NCBI GenBank assembly: GCA_963795855.1
Contig: CAWCIZ010000003.1
Coordinates: 608,001-672,000 of the forward strand
Length of the DNA stretch: 64,000 nt
DNA from: Vulcanimicrobiota bacterium
GTDB taxonomy: Bacteria; Vulcanimicrobiota; Vulcanimicrobiia; Vulcanimicrobiales; Vulcanimicrobiaceae
Direction: 5' to 3'
Shown: in pieces, positions 47,948-58,334 of the stretch
Layout: every line of letters begins with the position of its first letter
Position numbering within the stretch: position 1 is the first letter of the stretch
Position numbers and translations under genes: made by a program
The notes under the pieces: model-generated
The model's input: only the letters and a program-made list of their open reading frames with translations
Told to the model about the DNA's origin: nothing
Database searches by the model: none

Positions 47948-48218
47948 GTTGAACCTTACCCTCGCTAGACATCGATATCATCCATTGGCATCTATTAGGC
48001 GATTCTGTAGCCCAGGCTAAGCCTTTTTTTCGCGATAATGTGATGAACGCCCGACCGTTGGAAGCGACTCCGGGGCACGGATGACCGAGCGCCCAGCGTC
48101 TACTTAAAGTTCTACTTACCGGCTGCAGTAGACCGCATCAAACGGCACTCGGCAATGGGCAAAAACGCCGAAAAATAGCGAAAACGCGTAGAACCTGCAT
48201 CAGCCGGCAGTGCGGAGA

Positions 48219-48247
48219 ACGGGTTCGATTCCCGTTGGCGCTACCAA
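48219..48247 (+). repeat. attR: duplicated 3' end of tRNA-Glu
   Basis: Identical to 44700-44728, with imperfect similarity continuing about 18 bp further. Confidence 0.9.
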
Positions 48248-49607
48248 AACAGCCGCGTATTTACGGGCGTTTCTGTTATTTAGGGTCCGCGGTGTTGCCA
48301 TTGTGTTGCCCTCACCGATTTGCTCGTTGCCCATGAATTGGTGTTTTTCGAGCGCCGCCCTCACGCGGCCGTCGTTGCTGGCCCGGGAGCGACATGCTCC
48401 TCAACGATGAGTGAGTTAGCGACGCCGTCGTACGATGACTGTACAACGACGCCGATTGCTCCGAAGACGTTTCGGAATATCGTCGCGACGCGGTATGGCA
48501 TGGGGGTCTTGGTATGAATTAGACGTCGGTATCGCCTTGGCTCCAAGGTTAGCGCGCCCGCGACACGGGTTGAATGAATTGGCGGCGACGAACCCGAGAT
48601 TGTACCGGCGAGACGCTAGCGCGAACGGCGCTACAACCACCTCGACGTCTATTGCGGGCCCTGTGCCCGCATTACGAACGTTTCCATCGAGGCCACTAAA
48701 GATATGGAGCGGTCCCTGCGTTCGGTCGGGCAGATCTACATGGCTCTCTATTACACGACACGCTGCATCAACGTACGCGATCGCGCGGGCCAGCTGCCGG
48801 CGCAGATATGTGCGCGATCGCCTCGCGAAGTTTTACGGGCCAGACCAAAAGGCGGCGTCTCATAACGATCTCCCGAACGCGTCTCAATGAATGATGCCGT
48901 CGCGGACAAGCATTCGCGAACGTTGTTCGGCCATCGGGTCGATTCTCATGGCAATCGGCGGCCGCACGCACGTATTCGGCGGCGACGTCGTAGCCGCCCA
49001 ATACTCATCGCAGCCATGCTATGTTGTTGTTATTTACGACCCGCCCGAGTCAACTTCACCTAAAGAACGAGCTGCGGTAAGTTGTCGCGAGGCCGCATAT
49101 AAGTGACGTGCCCGAGGCGCGCCGTCCAACCGCTTATCTGCCGGTAGAACGCGTTGACGAGCGCCTACATCGCAGGTTCCTAGAAACCTCGCCGCTGGCG
49201 AACGGCGCCCGGAGATCTGCATCGAGAACCAGCGTTCGTCTTTACCGCGACGGCTCGCAGAGCCGCCTGATCAAGACGATAGTCACTCGTTCAGCGCTGC
49301 GCGATGACCCTGTGCTTCAGCAGCGCGACGATACATATACGCGCCGTGTCTGAGGCGCCCATAATAGCGCATACCACTTGATGGAAAATACCGCTTCGCA
49401 AATTCACTTGGACGAGTACGTCATTTGGACAAAATTATGAAAGCCCGTTACGAGCTGCTGGACGCGCCGGACGGGGACGTCAGCGCCCTAGGCTTCTAGA
49501 GGTATTGGTTCTACATGCCGGAGTCACACCAGATCGACATAGATTCCGAGGCGGCACGTCGCGGGTAAGACCGTGGCAGACGCTTCGTTGCCCCGAGGAG
49601 CCTGAGT

Positions 49608-50027
49608 ATGGATACGACGCAAGCCGACAGCATCACCCAACGCGCCGCGGGCCGATGGCCGATCGCGCAAAACGTGTTCACCGCCCTACGGCAGAAAGCG
49701 CGTGACGCTGGGTTATATGAGACTTACGGTACCGATTGTATTCAACTGACGCATCGGGCGAGTGGAGCGGTCCTACTTCGACTCCGCGCCAATGGCTATA
49801 TTGAAGTGCCATTCGATAGCATGGCGCAAAATCGAGCGTTGACGGGCAAATCGTTCCAGCGTTCCATTGTTGAGTCGTTGCAGCAAGCCGGCCTCCACAT
49901 CCGCGACGATCAGGCCGGGACATGGCCGCAAATTCCGGCACCCGATATAGACTCAGAATCCCGGATGGAATCGGTGCACGCTCTTCTTATGCGCCTTGTC
50001 ACCCGCGCGGACAGCGTAAAGAGCTGA
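49608..50027 (+). CDS. Hypothetical protein
   Basis: GAGGAG RBS; 139-aa ORF with globular-looking composition in an otherwise poorly coding stretch. Confidence 0.6.
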   Translation: MDTTQADSITQRAAGRWPIAQNVFTALRQKARDAGLYETYGTDCIQLTHRASGAVLLRLRANGYIEVPFDSMAQNRALTGKSFQRSIVESLQQAGLHIRDDQAGTWPQIPAPDIDSESRMESVHALLMRLVTRADSVKS

Positions 50028-50314
50028 AGCACGTTTCTACGGCCGTCCCCCGACCGTCAGCGAAACGTCCGGTGTCGTCACGGCGCCCCAAAGGCTCGGC
50101 TGCGGATTTGAGGCGTTTAGTGGCACCACGCCATGCCGTCTGGCCTCTCCTCGGCGTAGTAATATCGCAGGATCTGCGTGCAATATCTACGCACGACAAC
50201 GCTTCGTCGATCCCAGTGAGAAGCGCGACAAAGAATCGAGTGCAGTGCCCGAAGAAGTCACACGCCAGGGCGACATGTGACGGAGTCTGCCGCTCCAAAA
50301 GCGAAGCCATCATC

Positions 50315-51115
50315 ATGATCTATCGTTATGGTGAGATGACCTGGCCGCAGATTCGCGAGGCGGCCGCCCAAGGCCGGCTGGCCGTCGTCCCAATCGCAAC
50401 GATCGAGGATCACGGTCACCATCTTCCCGTCGATACGGATTTGCGGCTTTGCACCGCAGTCTGCGAGCGCGCAGTCGAGCGCGCAGCCGATCGCGCTGTG
50501 CTCGTGCCGGCGATCAATCATGGGTACAGCCCGCATCATATGGACTTTCCCGGTCCGATTACGATCGGAGCCGAGACACTCATTCGCTACGGCGTGGACG
50601 TCTGCAAGAGTTTAGTGCATCACGGTTTCAAACGGATTCTCATCGTCAACGGCCACGGGAGCAACACGCCTTTCGTGGATATTATCGCGCGGCTGACGGT
50701 CGTCGAAACCGAAGCGCTTGCCGCCGGCGTAAATTATTGGGCGGCGCCGGGTGTACGCGAAGCCGCCGAATCACTTCGCGAATCGGAAAAAATCGGTGGG
50801 ATGAATCACGCAGGCGAATTTGAAACATCGATCTACCTCGCGCTGAAGCCGGAACTGGTCGACATGTCCAAAGCAGTGCACGAACTCTCGCACCGCCCTA
50901 GCAAAAATTACTGGACGGATCTCATCGCCGGCGACGGCCCACTCGCAATGATGGAGCATTGGAGCGCGCTTAGCGAAAGTGGAGTCATGGGCGACCCGAC
51001 CAAAGCGACGCCGGAGAAGGGCCACGTTCTGCTGAACGCGGCCGTAAACGGCATCGTGGAGTTGATCGATGAAATGCTCGCCCGCGCTCCGGCAGTTCGC
51101 AAAGACCACCACTAG
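50315..51115 (+). CDS. Creatininase (creatinine amidohydrolase) family protein
   Basis: EMTWP, EDHGHHLPVDTD, SPHH..FPG, NGHGSN, HAGEFETS. ATG at 50315. Confidence 0.92.
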   Translation: MIYRYGEMTWPQIREAAAQGRLAVVPIATIEDHGHHLPVDTDLRLCTAVCERAVERAADRAVLVPAINHGYSPHHMDFPGPITIGAETLIRYGVDVCKSLVHHGFKRILIVNGHGSNTPFVDIIARLTVVETEALAAGVNYWAAPGVREAAESLRESEKIGGMNHAGEFETSIYLALKPELVDMSKAVHELSHRPSKNYWTDLIAGDGPLAMMEHWSALSESGVMGDPTKATPEKGHVLLNAAVNGIVELIDEMLARAPAVRKDHH

Positions 51116-52727
51116 CCTACTGATTTTTTGTCTCGCGCTGGCGGCGTGTACCCGTACGCACCACGCACTGCCTGGTAAGGGCAACCCGTGGACGCAGCGC
51201 GGAGTCCTGCGGATCGCAAGCGGCGAGACACCCGACAATCTCAACACTCTTCTGGGCACGCAAGTCGTCGATACGGACATCGGCATGTTGTGGGCCGCGT
51301 ACCTGCTGCGTTTCGACGACCGCAATCAGTTCGTTCCCGAACTGACCGTTGCTGTTCCAACGCAAGCGAACGGCGGCATCTCCCGCGATGGATTGCGCAT
51401 CACGTACCACCTGCGCCGCCGGGTAAAATGGCAGGACGGTGCGCCGTTCACTGCCGCGGATGTCATCTACACCTGGCGTCAAATGCTCAGTCCCCGCAAC
51501 GCGGTCGTGAGCCGCGTCGGCTACGATGTCATCTCCCACATAGATGCGCCGAATCCTTACACCATCGTGGTGCATTTGAAGCGGCCGTCCGCGCCGTTCG
51601 TCGCCACGTTTTTTGCACCGGCGAATCACACGAATTGCATTCTGCCCGAGCATTTACTGAAACGCTATCGTGATTTGAATCACGCACCGTACAACGATTT
51701 GCCGGTCGGCACGGGGCCGTTCAAGATCGTCAAGTACGTCCCGGGAGTGCAGATCGAATTCGTCGCCAACGACGCGTATTGGCGAGGAGCGCCGAAGCTG
51801 CGCCGTATCGACTATCGCATCGTCCAGAGTGAAAGCACGCTGCTTACGCTCGTGCAATCCCATGCCGTCGACCTCGATTTTCGCGCCGATGAAAGCCAGG
51901 CGCCGAGTCTGCACGGAATCGCCGGCACGCGCATCGTGCTTACCCCGGAGACGCGCTTCGCCGATCTGGGCTTCAACGCGGGCAGCCCGATTCTAGCGGA
52001 CGTGCGCGTTCGGCGGGCTCTCGCATATGCAACGAATCGCCAACTGCTCATCCAGAGGGTAATGCACGGCGTCGCGATTCCAGCGCATACCGACCAGCCT
52101 CCGTTTTCATGGGCGTACGATCCGCATGTCGTGAATTATGAATACGATCTGCGGCGAGCACGTGCGCTTCTGGACGCAGCCGGCTGGCCCATGGGATCGG
52201 ACGGAATCCGCGTGAGGGGCCGCGAGCCGCTTCGGCTCGAGCTCGTGAGTTTCACCGGCTCTCCGACGATAAATGCAACTGAGGTGCTCCTTCAGCAGAT
52301 GTGGCGGCAGGCCGGCGCCGACGTGTATATCAAGAATTACAATTCGTCGCAGCTGTACTCGACGCTGAGCGCGGGTGGTATAGAGCAGTCGGGAAAGTTC
52401 GACGTCATCGTCGAGAATTGGGCGAATGGCACTGATCCGGATGACAGCATCCTCGTGCGCTGCGACATGGCTCCTCCAAGCGGATGGAACGTCTACCACT
52501 TCTGCAGCAGAGCGCTCGACGCCGCGGAAACGACGGCTACTACCTCATATAATCGTGCCGTGCGAAAAGGCGCCTACGATCGCATTCAATCCATTTTGCA
52601 GCAGCAACTACCGTTTTTCGTGCTCTGGTACGTCCAACAAATCGACGTCGCCAATACAGACTTTCGAGGGTACAAGCCGGCCCATGCGGTGACGCCATTC
52701 TGGAATCCGTGGCAATGGTCGATTTGA
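51069..52727 (+). CDS. ABC transporter family-5 peptide-binding lipoprotein; no permease genes nearby
   Basis: Lipobox LAAC, VKWQDGAPFTAADV.YT, PVGTGPF, DVRVRRAL, ARALLDAAGW. Start uncertain. Confidence 0.9.
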   Translation: MKCSPALRQFAKTTTSLLIFCLALAACTRTHHALPGKGNPWTQRGVLRIASGETPDNLNTLLGTQVVDTDIGMLWAAYLLRFDDRNQFVPELTVAVPTQANGGISRDGLRITYHLRRRVKWQDGAPFTAADVIYTWRQMLSPRNAVVSRVGYDVISHIDAPNPYTIVVHLKRPSAPFVATFFAPANHTNCILPEHLLKRYRDLNHAPYNDLPVGTGPFKIVKYVPGVQIEFVANDAYWRGAPKLRRIDYRIVQSESTLLTLVQSHAVDLDFRADESQAPSLHGIAGTRIVLTPETRFADLGFNAGSPILADVRVRRALAYATNRQLLIQRVMHGVAIPAHTDQPPFSWAYDPHVVNYEYDLRRARALLDAAGWPMGSDGIRVRGREPLRLELVSFTGSPTINATEVLLQQMWRQAGADVYIKNYNSSQLYSTLSAGGIEQSGKFDVIVENWANGTDPDDSILVRCDMAPPSGWNVYHFCSRALDAAETTATTSYNRAVRKGAYDRIQSILQQQLPFFVLWYVQQIDVANTDFRGYKPAHAVTPFWNPWQWSI

Positions 52728-52906
52728 GGCTACAAGTCGGCCAATAGAGCGCTTGCGCTTTACGCAAAACTCACGAAAAACGCACGGAAACTTGGCATTC
52801 GACGTGCCGTTTGGCTCAGGGCGGGCAAGCGAGCGCCGCCGATTACTTCATTAACACGCGCGAGCGCTTCTCGTCCGGCGTGTTTTGGCTTTTTTGCTAG
52901 GAGGGT

Positions 52907-53572
52907 TTGCAGTTGCTGGGCCGCGCCATGAACCTTAACGATCTCCGGTTACGCGCGACGAATTTGTTCGTCCTCATCACGTGGATACACGTGCCGGTCG
53001 CAATGCTCATCGCGCTCATCGGACGCAATCCGTGGCTTACGCCGGGCATCGTCGCGCTGGCTGTAGCCGTAGCTGCGACCGTCACCGCGCGCACGCTAAA
53101 AGACGGATTGGCGCTGCGCACGTTGATGGCGATCTTCATGACGTGCGGGCCGATTCTCTTTGTCTACGCCGGCCGCGGGCATAGCAGCGGCTGGTCGGGA
53201 CAAGGCGACTGGCAGATCGACTACCACATGTACTTTTTCGCTATCTACGCGATGCTGACGGCCTACGTCGACTGGCGCCCAATCGCGGTTGCTGCCGCGC
53301 TTACGGCAGTCCATCACTTGATTCTGGATTTGGTCGTACCCGGCAACGTGTTTCCGGAAGAGGGCCTGGATCGTGTGGCCCTGCACGCAATCGCCGTTGC
53401 CGCCGAGTGCGGCGTCCTGTTCTGGATCGTCGGTGCGATCGGTTCGCTCTTCAAGCGCATTGACGGCCTCATGGATTTCATCACGCGCGAAACCGCGGAT
53501 GCCCTACGCAAAGAGCAGGAAGAAAACAACGCGCTGCGCCGCGAATTGTCGCTTGCGAACAGCGGAAACTAG
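52907..53572 (+). CDS. Stand-alone multi-TM sensor-like protein with a short coiled-coil tail
   Basis: WIHVP, DYHMYFFA...YVDWRPI...AVHH, LHA..V.AE. AGGAGG upstream. Confidence 0.7.
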   Translation: MQLLGRAMNLNDLRLRATNLFVLITWIHVPVAMLIALIGRNPWLTPGIVALAVAVAATVTARTLKDGLALRTLMAIFMTCGPILFVYAGRGHSSGWSGQGDWQIDYHMYFFAIYAMLTAYVDWRPIAVAAALTAVHHLILDLVVPGNVFPEEGLDRVALHAIAVAAECGVLFWIVGAIGSLFKRIDGLMDFITRETADALRKEQEENNALRRELSLANSGN

Positions 53573-53654
53573 ATAGTCGGGCCGCAGGTCCTAAGATCTT
53601 CGTGACCCGGCGGCGTGCGGCAAGAGTCTGCTAGCGCGCGGCGTATTCGGAATC

Positions 53655-55652
53655 ATGAGACGCGGGTACGTTGCTGCATTCCTAACTGTTGTTCTTAGCG
53701 TAGCTGCCACTTCCGCGGCATACGCGCAATCGCCCCGGTTGCTGTCGCCCGAAGCATTCCACAACATGGTCGCGGTGAGCGATCCGCAGATATCGCCTGA
53801 CGCAAAAAGCATCGCCTACGTGCGCTCGCGCGGCGATTGGAAACACGATCGCTACGACACCGAACTGATGCTCGTTCCGGTTTCCGGCGGCACGCCTCGC
53901 GTTTTGACCCGCGGGCGTTTCCACGTACACTCGCCGCGGTGGTCGCCGGATGGCAGTCGCCTGGCGTATTTGGCGTCGACCGAAGAGAAGAAGCCGTCGC
54001 AGATTTACGTGCTGCCGATGAACGGCGGCGATTCGCAGCAGATCACCGATGCCAAGGAAGGCGTCACGAGTCTCGCGTGGCGGCCCCGCGGCGATGCGCT
54101 GGCCTACGTAGCTGAAGATGAGCCGGCCGATAAAAAAGCGCTCGAGCATCATCTCGATGCGGTCATCATTACCGATAACGATTACCTCACGGAAAAGGCA
54201 CCGCTTCCGGCGCATCTCTGGCTCGTCGGTGCCGACGGCGCGCATGCCAAACGCTTGAATTCCGGAACGTGGAGCGTAGTCGGAAACTCCGAGCCGGTAT
54301 GGTCGCCAGACGGCGCGCGCATCTACTATCAGCGTCAGCCGGACCCCGTGTTCGCGCACTTCGTCGAACAGACGACGTACGTACACGACATGACGAGCGG
54401 GCGCGAGACTCAGCTTTCCACGAGCGTAACCTCATCGCCGAAGATTTCGCACGACGGGGGCACGATCGCACTATCGATCCCGCGCCACGGCAGTTGGTAT
54501 CTGCAGCACGACGCGGTCGTGCGATCGCTCGCGACCGGCGCCGATGTATTCGACACGCGGTCCGTCGATCGAAACGCACATTGGTTTGCGTTCATGCCCG
54601 GCGACAAAACGCTCGCACTCGCCGTCGCCGACGGCGTACGCAATACGTTATGGATGGTTCCGCAGGCCGGAACGCCGGCGAAACTGGATCTCGGCGTGGT
54701 TGATTTCGCGCCCGGAGCGAGCGTCGGCAATGATGGATCCATCGCGTTCATCGGCCAGCGTCGCGATCGCTTGAGCGAAGTCTATTACCTCGCACCGGGT
54801 GCGCACGAACCGAAACAGCTCACAAATGAGAACACGTGGCTCGAAACGTATCGTGTCGGCAATAGCGTCGAAGTGCGCTGGCCCATCGACAACGGTATGA
54901 TGGCAGACGGCGTGCTGACGTATCCGGTCGGCTACACCGCAGGGCGGAAGTATCCGCTGGTGCTCGACGTGCACGGCGGCCCGGTCGAAACCGCGACGTG
55001 GGATATGGCGGGGCTCGAAGGTGCGGAACTCGCGCAGATCCTCGCCGCCAAAGGTTATCTCGTCTTCCGCCCCAATTATCGCGGCAGCGACAACAACGGC
55101 GATGCATTTCTTCAGGCGATCGTTGGTGACGTTGCGAGTGGTCCCGGCAAGGACAATCTTGCCGGCGTCGAGGCGTTGCGCAAAATGGGCATCGTCGACG
55201 AGTCGCGCATCTTCGTTTCCGGCTGGTCCGGTGGCGGTTTGCAGACGTCGTGGCTCATCGGGCACGCGCACTTCTGGCGAGCCGCGGTCAGCGGCGCAGC
55301 AGTGGATGACTGGTATCAGCAAGCCCTGCTTGCAGACATCAACGAAAACTTCGCCGCAACGTTCTTCGGCGGAACGCTGCCGTTTACGCCTCAGGGCCGA
55401 GCGCAGTACCGCGCCGAATCGCCGCTTACGTACGTCGACAGCGTGCGCACCCCCACGCTAATCTTGAGCGACACGCGCGACCCGCGCGTTCCGGTCTCGC
55501 AAGCATATACGTTCTACCACGCGCTGCGCGATCGCGGCGTGCCGGTGCAATTCACCGCATTTCCGCGCTACGGACATTTCCCAACGGATCCGGTCGGCCG
55601 CGAACAAGTCTACAAAGCGTGGATTGGCTGGATCGAAAGGTGGACGAAGTAA
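53655..55652 (+). CDS. S9 family peptidase (beta-propeller + alpha/beta hydrolase), secreted
   Basis: Signal peptide, WSPDG repeats, VHGGP, NYRGS, GWSGG, D.RVP, GH. Confidence 0.93.
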   Translation: MRRGYVAAFLTVVLSVAATSAAYAQSPRLLSPEAFHNMVAVSDPQISPDAKSIAYVRSRGDWKHDRYDTELMLVPVSGGTPRVLTRGRFHVHSPRWSPDGSRLAYLASTEEKKPSQIYVLPMNGGDSQQITDAKEGVTSLAWRPRGDALAYVAEDEPADKKALEHHLDAVIITDNDYLTEKAPLPAHLWLVGADGAHAKRLNSGTWSVVGNSEPVWSPDGARIYYQRQPDPVFAHFVEQTTYVHDMTSGRETQLSTSVTSSPKISHDGGTIALSIPRHGSWYLQHDAVVRSLATGADVFDTRSVDRNAHWFAFMPGDKTLALAVADGVRNTLWMVPQAGTPAKLDLGVVDFAPGASVGNDGSIAFIGQRRDRLSEVYYLAPGAHEPKQLTNENTWLETYRVGNSVEVRWPIDNGMMADGVLTYPVGYTAGRKYPLVLDVHGGPVETATWDMAGLEGAELAQILAAKGYLVFRPNYRGSDNNGDAFLQAIVGDVASGPGKDNLAGVEALRKMGIVDESRIFVSGWSGGGLQTSWLIGHAHFWRAAVSGAAVDDWYQQALLADINENFAATFFGGTLPFTPQGRAQYRAESPLTYVDSVRTPTLILSDTRDPRVPVSQAYTFYHALRDRGVPVQFTAFPRYGHFPTDPVGREQVYKAWIGWIERWTK

Positions 55653-57553
55653 TGCTGCTCGCGATGACGCCGCCGGCGCATGTCTCGACGCTCACTTTGG
55701 CCGATCTGCGCAAATCCGTCAGCCTTTCGTCACCGCAAATTTCGCCGGACGGCCGCAGCGTCGTCGTCGCAGTCGGACGAGACGACTTCGAAAAGGACAA
55801 GATCGTCACGGATTTGGTGCTCGTCGATGTGGCGACGCACCGGTCGCGAACGCTCTTGCGTGATGCGACCGCACTCGGCAACGTTGAGTGGTCGCCCGAC
55901 GGCACGCGTTTAGCGTACGTCGCGGACAAACAGGTGTATGTGCTGCCGATGAACGGCGGCGAACCACTGCAAATCACGCACGTGAAGACGTCCGTGGACG
56001 CACTCGATTGGCGCCCCGACGGCGAGTCGATCGCGTATACCGCGGATGTGCCACCAGCAAATCACGCGCAGATCGAGCGACACGAAGATGAATTCGACGT
56101 CGATGACAACGCTTGGACCGATCAAGAAGCGCCCGCGGACGTTGCTTTGTACGAAGTTTCGGCGAACGGCGGAAACGCGCGGCGCATCGGCAGCGGCTGG
56201 TCGGTCGGCGGTGGATTCACGTATGCGCGGGATGGGCGCAGCCTATTCGTCACGCGCATCACGGGGAATAAATCGCCCAACCGGTTCATGTCGCGGGAGA
56301 TCGTGCGCGTTGACGCGGCAAACGGCCACACCATTCTCTTGCATCGGCTCTCGATGATGCAAACCGATCCGCTGCGTGGCCCTCACGGCGAAATCGCGTA
56401 CGCATTTTCGAATCCGGCGGGCTTGATGCAAACGGAAATCGCGCTTGCGAACGCCGACGGAAGCAATCCGCACATGATTACCGGGCGTCTGGATCGCAAC
56501 GCGAACGGCGCGGCGTTTATGCCGGACGGCTCGGTGCTCGTTCCCGCAAACGATGAAACCGGGCGCCGCATCTTTCGCATCGCGCCGAACGGTGCGGTAT
56601 CGCACTTGCCGTTAGGCGCGTTGACGCCGAGCTTCGACGTAAGCGTGTCGCGCACGGGAGTGGTCGCCTTCGTTGCCAGTACGTGGAATCACCCGAGCGA
56701 GTTGTATGTGCTGCGCGCCGGTTCAGTTGCGCCTGTGCGGCTCACCGATTTGAATGGCTGGATTGCGCGATATAAACTCGGCGCCTCACACGCCATCACG
56801 TGGCGCACCGCGGACGGTCTGAGCGCCGATGGCGTTGTAACGACGCCGCCCGGGTGGCACCGAGGCCGGCGCGCTCCGCTCGTGCTGTACATTCACGGCG
56901 GACCGACCTCTTCATCGACGACCGCGTACTCCGGTTTCGTGCAAGTTCTCGCAGCTCACGGCTGGATGGTGTTTCAGCCGAATTATCGAGGCAGCGACAA
57001 TCTCGGGCTGCGTTTTGCACGAACTACCGTTCCGCACATCACCAGCGTTCCCGGCAGCGACATCGAACTAGGTTTGGCGCAGGTGCTGCGTTCATATCCG
57101 GTGGACGCTCGGCGGCTCGCCGTTTCAGGGTGGAGTGAAGGCGGCCTCATGACGTCTTGGCTCATCACGCACGATACGCGCTGGCGCGCGGCAGTGTCCG
57201 GCGCGGCGGTCAACGACTGGGTGCAGTACGACGCAATGAGCGATTCGAAGGATTTTGCGCCGGTGTTTATCGGCAAATCGCCGTGGAGCAGCGCTGCGGA
57301 GTACCAATTGTACGAAGATGAATCGCCCTTGACCTACGCATCGCGCGTTCGCACACCGACGCTCATCTTGAGCGATGCGGGAGATTACCGCGTCCCCACG
57401 CCGCTGGCGTACGAATTTTACCACGAGGTGCGCGCAACCGGCACGCCGGTGCAGTTCGTCGTTTATCCGGTCGTCGGGCATTTTCCGCGCGACCCGGTGC
57501 GTGTCGAAGACGTTTTACGCCGCTGGGAAAACTGGCTGCTCCGGCACATATGA
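55652..57553 (+). CDS. S9 family peptidase, tandem paralog
   Basis: TAATG coupling. IHGGP, NYRGS, GWSEG, DYRVP, GHFP. Confidence 0.92.
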   Translation: MLLAMTPPAHVSTLTLADLRKSVSLSSPQISPDGRSVVVAVGRDDFEKDKIVTDLVLVDVATHRSRTLLRDATALGNVEWSPDGTRLAYVADKQVYVLPMNGGEPLQITHVKTSVDALDWRPDGESIAYTADVPPANHAQIERHEDEFDVDDNAWTDQEAPADVALYEVSANGGNARRIGSGWSVGGGFTYARDGRSLFVTRITGNKSPNRFMSREIVRVDAANGHTILLHRLSMMQTDPLRGPHGEIAYAFSNPAGLMQTEIALANADGSNPHMITGRLDRNANGAAFMPDGSVLVPANDETGRRIFRIAPNGAVSHLPLGALTPSFDVSVSRTGVVAFVASTWNHPSELYVLRAGSVAPVRLTDLNGWIARYKLGASHAITWRTADGLSADGVVTTPPGWHRGRRAPLVLYIHGGPTSSSTTAYSGFVQVLAAHGWMVFQPNYRGSDNLGLRFARTTVPHITSVPGSDIELGLAQVLRSYPVDARRLAVSGWSEGGLMTSWLITHDTRWRAAVSGAAVNDWVQYDAMSDSKDFAPVFIGKSPWSSAAEYQLYEDESPLTYASRVRTPTLILSDAGDYRVPTPLAYEFYHEVRATGTPVQFVVYPVVGHFPRDPVRVEDVLRRWENWLLRHI

Positions 57554-57560
57554 GGTTGTC

Positions 57561-58292
57561 ATGCGTACGTGGGTGTTTGCCGCCATTTGCCTCGCGCTCG
57601 CCGGATTGGTGCTCGGCGAATACGAGTTGACGCCGCGTCCCAACAGCAATCGCGCTTTGGTGGCGGCGCTCTCGCAGGATCTGCGGTTCACGTACCATGC
57701 CTGCGTTCCGCTCGGGTGGAAGCCCGTGCCGGTGCATGGCACGTACTATCCCGGATACACTGCGGCGATCGCAAATTACGCGGAGTGGCTCGATGCGATT
57801 TGGAGAGGAAGCATCGCGAAACGCGACTTGCGCAATCCGGACGCGAAGACGGTTTTCGAGGTGCTCAACCATTTGACGCAAGCCGGCTTACTCACGCGCA
57901 AGGAATTCCCGCGGCGATACCGCTACTTCCTGACCCCGCGCGCGTTTGGATACTACGACGGTGCATCGGTGTACAAGAACAACCGCGACAGCCTTCCGTA
58001 TTTGTGCTATTCAGTCATTGCGCCGGATCGTATCGTCTGGCTTCAGCGCATTCCGTCGCCGCGCGGCTGGGTCGCCGGAGCGCAGTGGTACAACGTGCAA
58101 TTCGCATGGAAGCCCGGCGCGCGAGCGGGCTGGACGCCGGATACGTTCTTGCGCTCGCATAGCGTCGTGCTGCCGCCGGTCGATAGTCCGACATCTGCGA
58201 AAGTCTACTACTCCGATAACCAGTGGCATCTGGTCAACGTTTACGATCGCGGCTGGATGCTGCCGGCTCTTGGGAATGCGGCATCTCGGTAG
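57561..58292 (+). CDS. Secreted or membrane-anchored hypothetical protein
   Basis: N-terminal hydrophobic segment; GAGG upstream of ATG 57561. Confidence 0.65.
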   Translation: MRTWVFAAICLALAGLVLGEYELTPRPNSNRALVAALSQDLRFTYHACVPLGWKPVPVHGTYYPGYTAAIANYAEWLDAIWRGSIAKRDLRNPDAKTVFEVLNHLTQAGLLTRKEFPRRYRYFLTPRAFGYYDGASVYKNNRDSLPYLCYSVIAPDRIVWLQRIPSPRGWVAGAQWYNVQFAWKPGARAGWTPDTFLRSHSVVLPPVDSPTSAKVYYSDNQWHLVNVYDRGWMLPALGNAASR

Positions 58293-58334
58293 CATCGGCG
58301 AAACTTTGGGCGCAACGGGCCCGTACGTTGTAGT

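Larger units (their letters stand above)
44700..48247. mobile_element. tRNA-Glu-integrated genomic islet (~3.5 kb), no integrase visible
   Basis: Exact 29-bp direct repeat acgggttcgattcccgttggcgctaccaa at 44700-44728 and 48219-48247; visibly lower GC in between. Confidence 0.85.

Noticed and set aside
48211..48247. Second tRNA-Glu gene
   Set aside because: Only the T-arm and 3' acceptor strand are present; it is an att remnant.
48300..49600. Short ORFs as integrase remnants
   Set aside because: No tyrosine- or serine-recombinase motifs were recognisable in the translations.
50315..51115. Mycofactocin MftE or RiPP cluster
   Set aside because: No radical SAM enzyme, precursor peptide or other mft genes nearby.
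52730..52905. Riboswitch before the TM sensor gene
   Set aside because: No c-di-GMP, SAM, TPP or cobalamin consensus was recognised; an Rfam scan would be needed.
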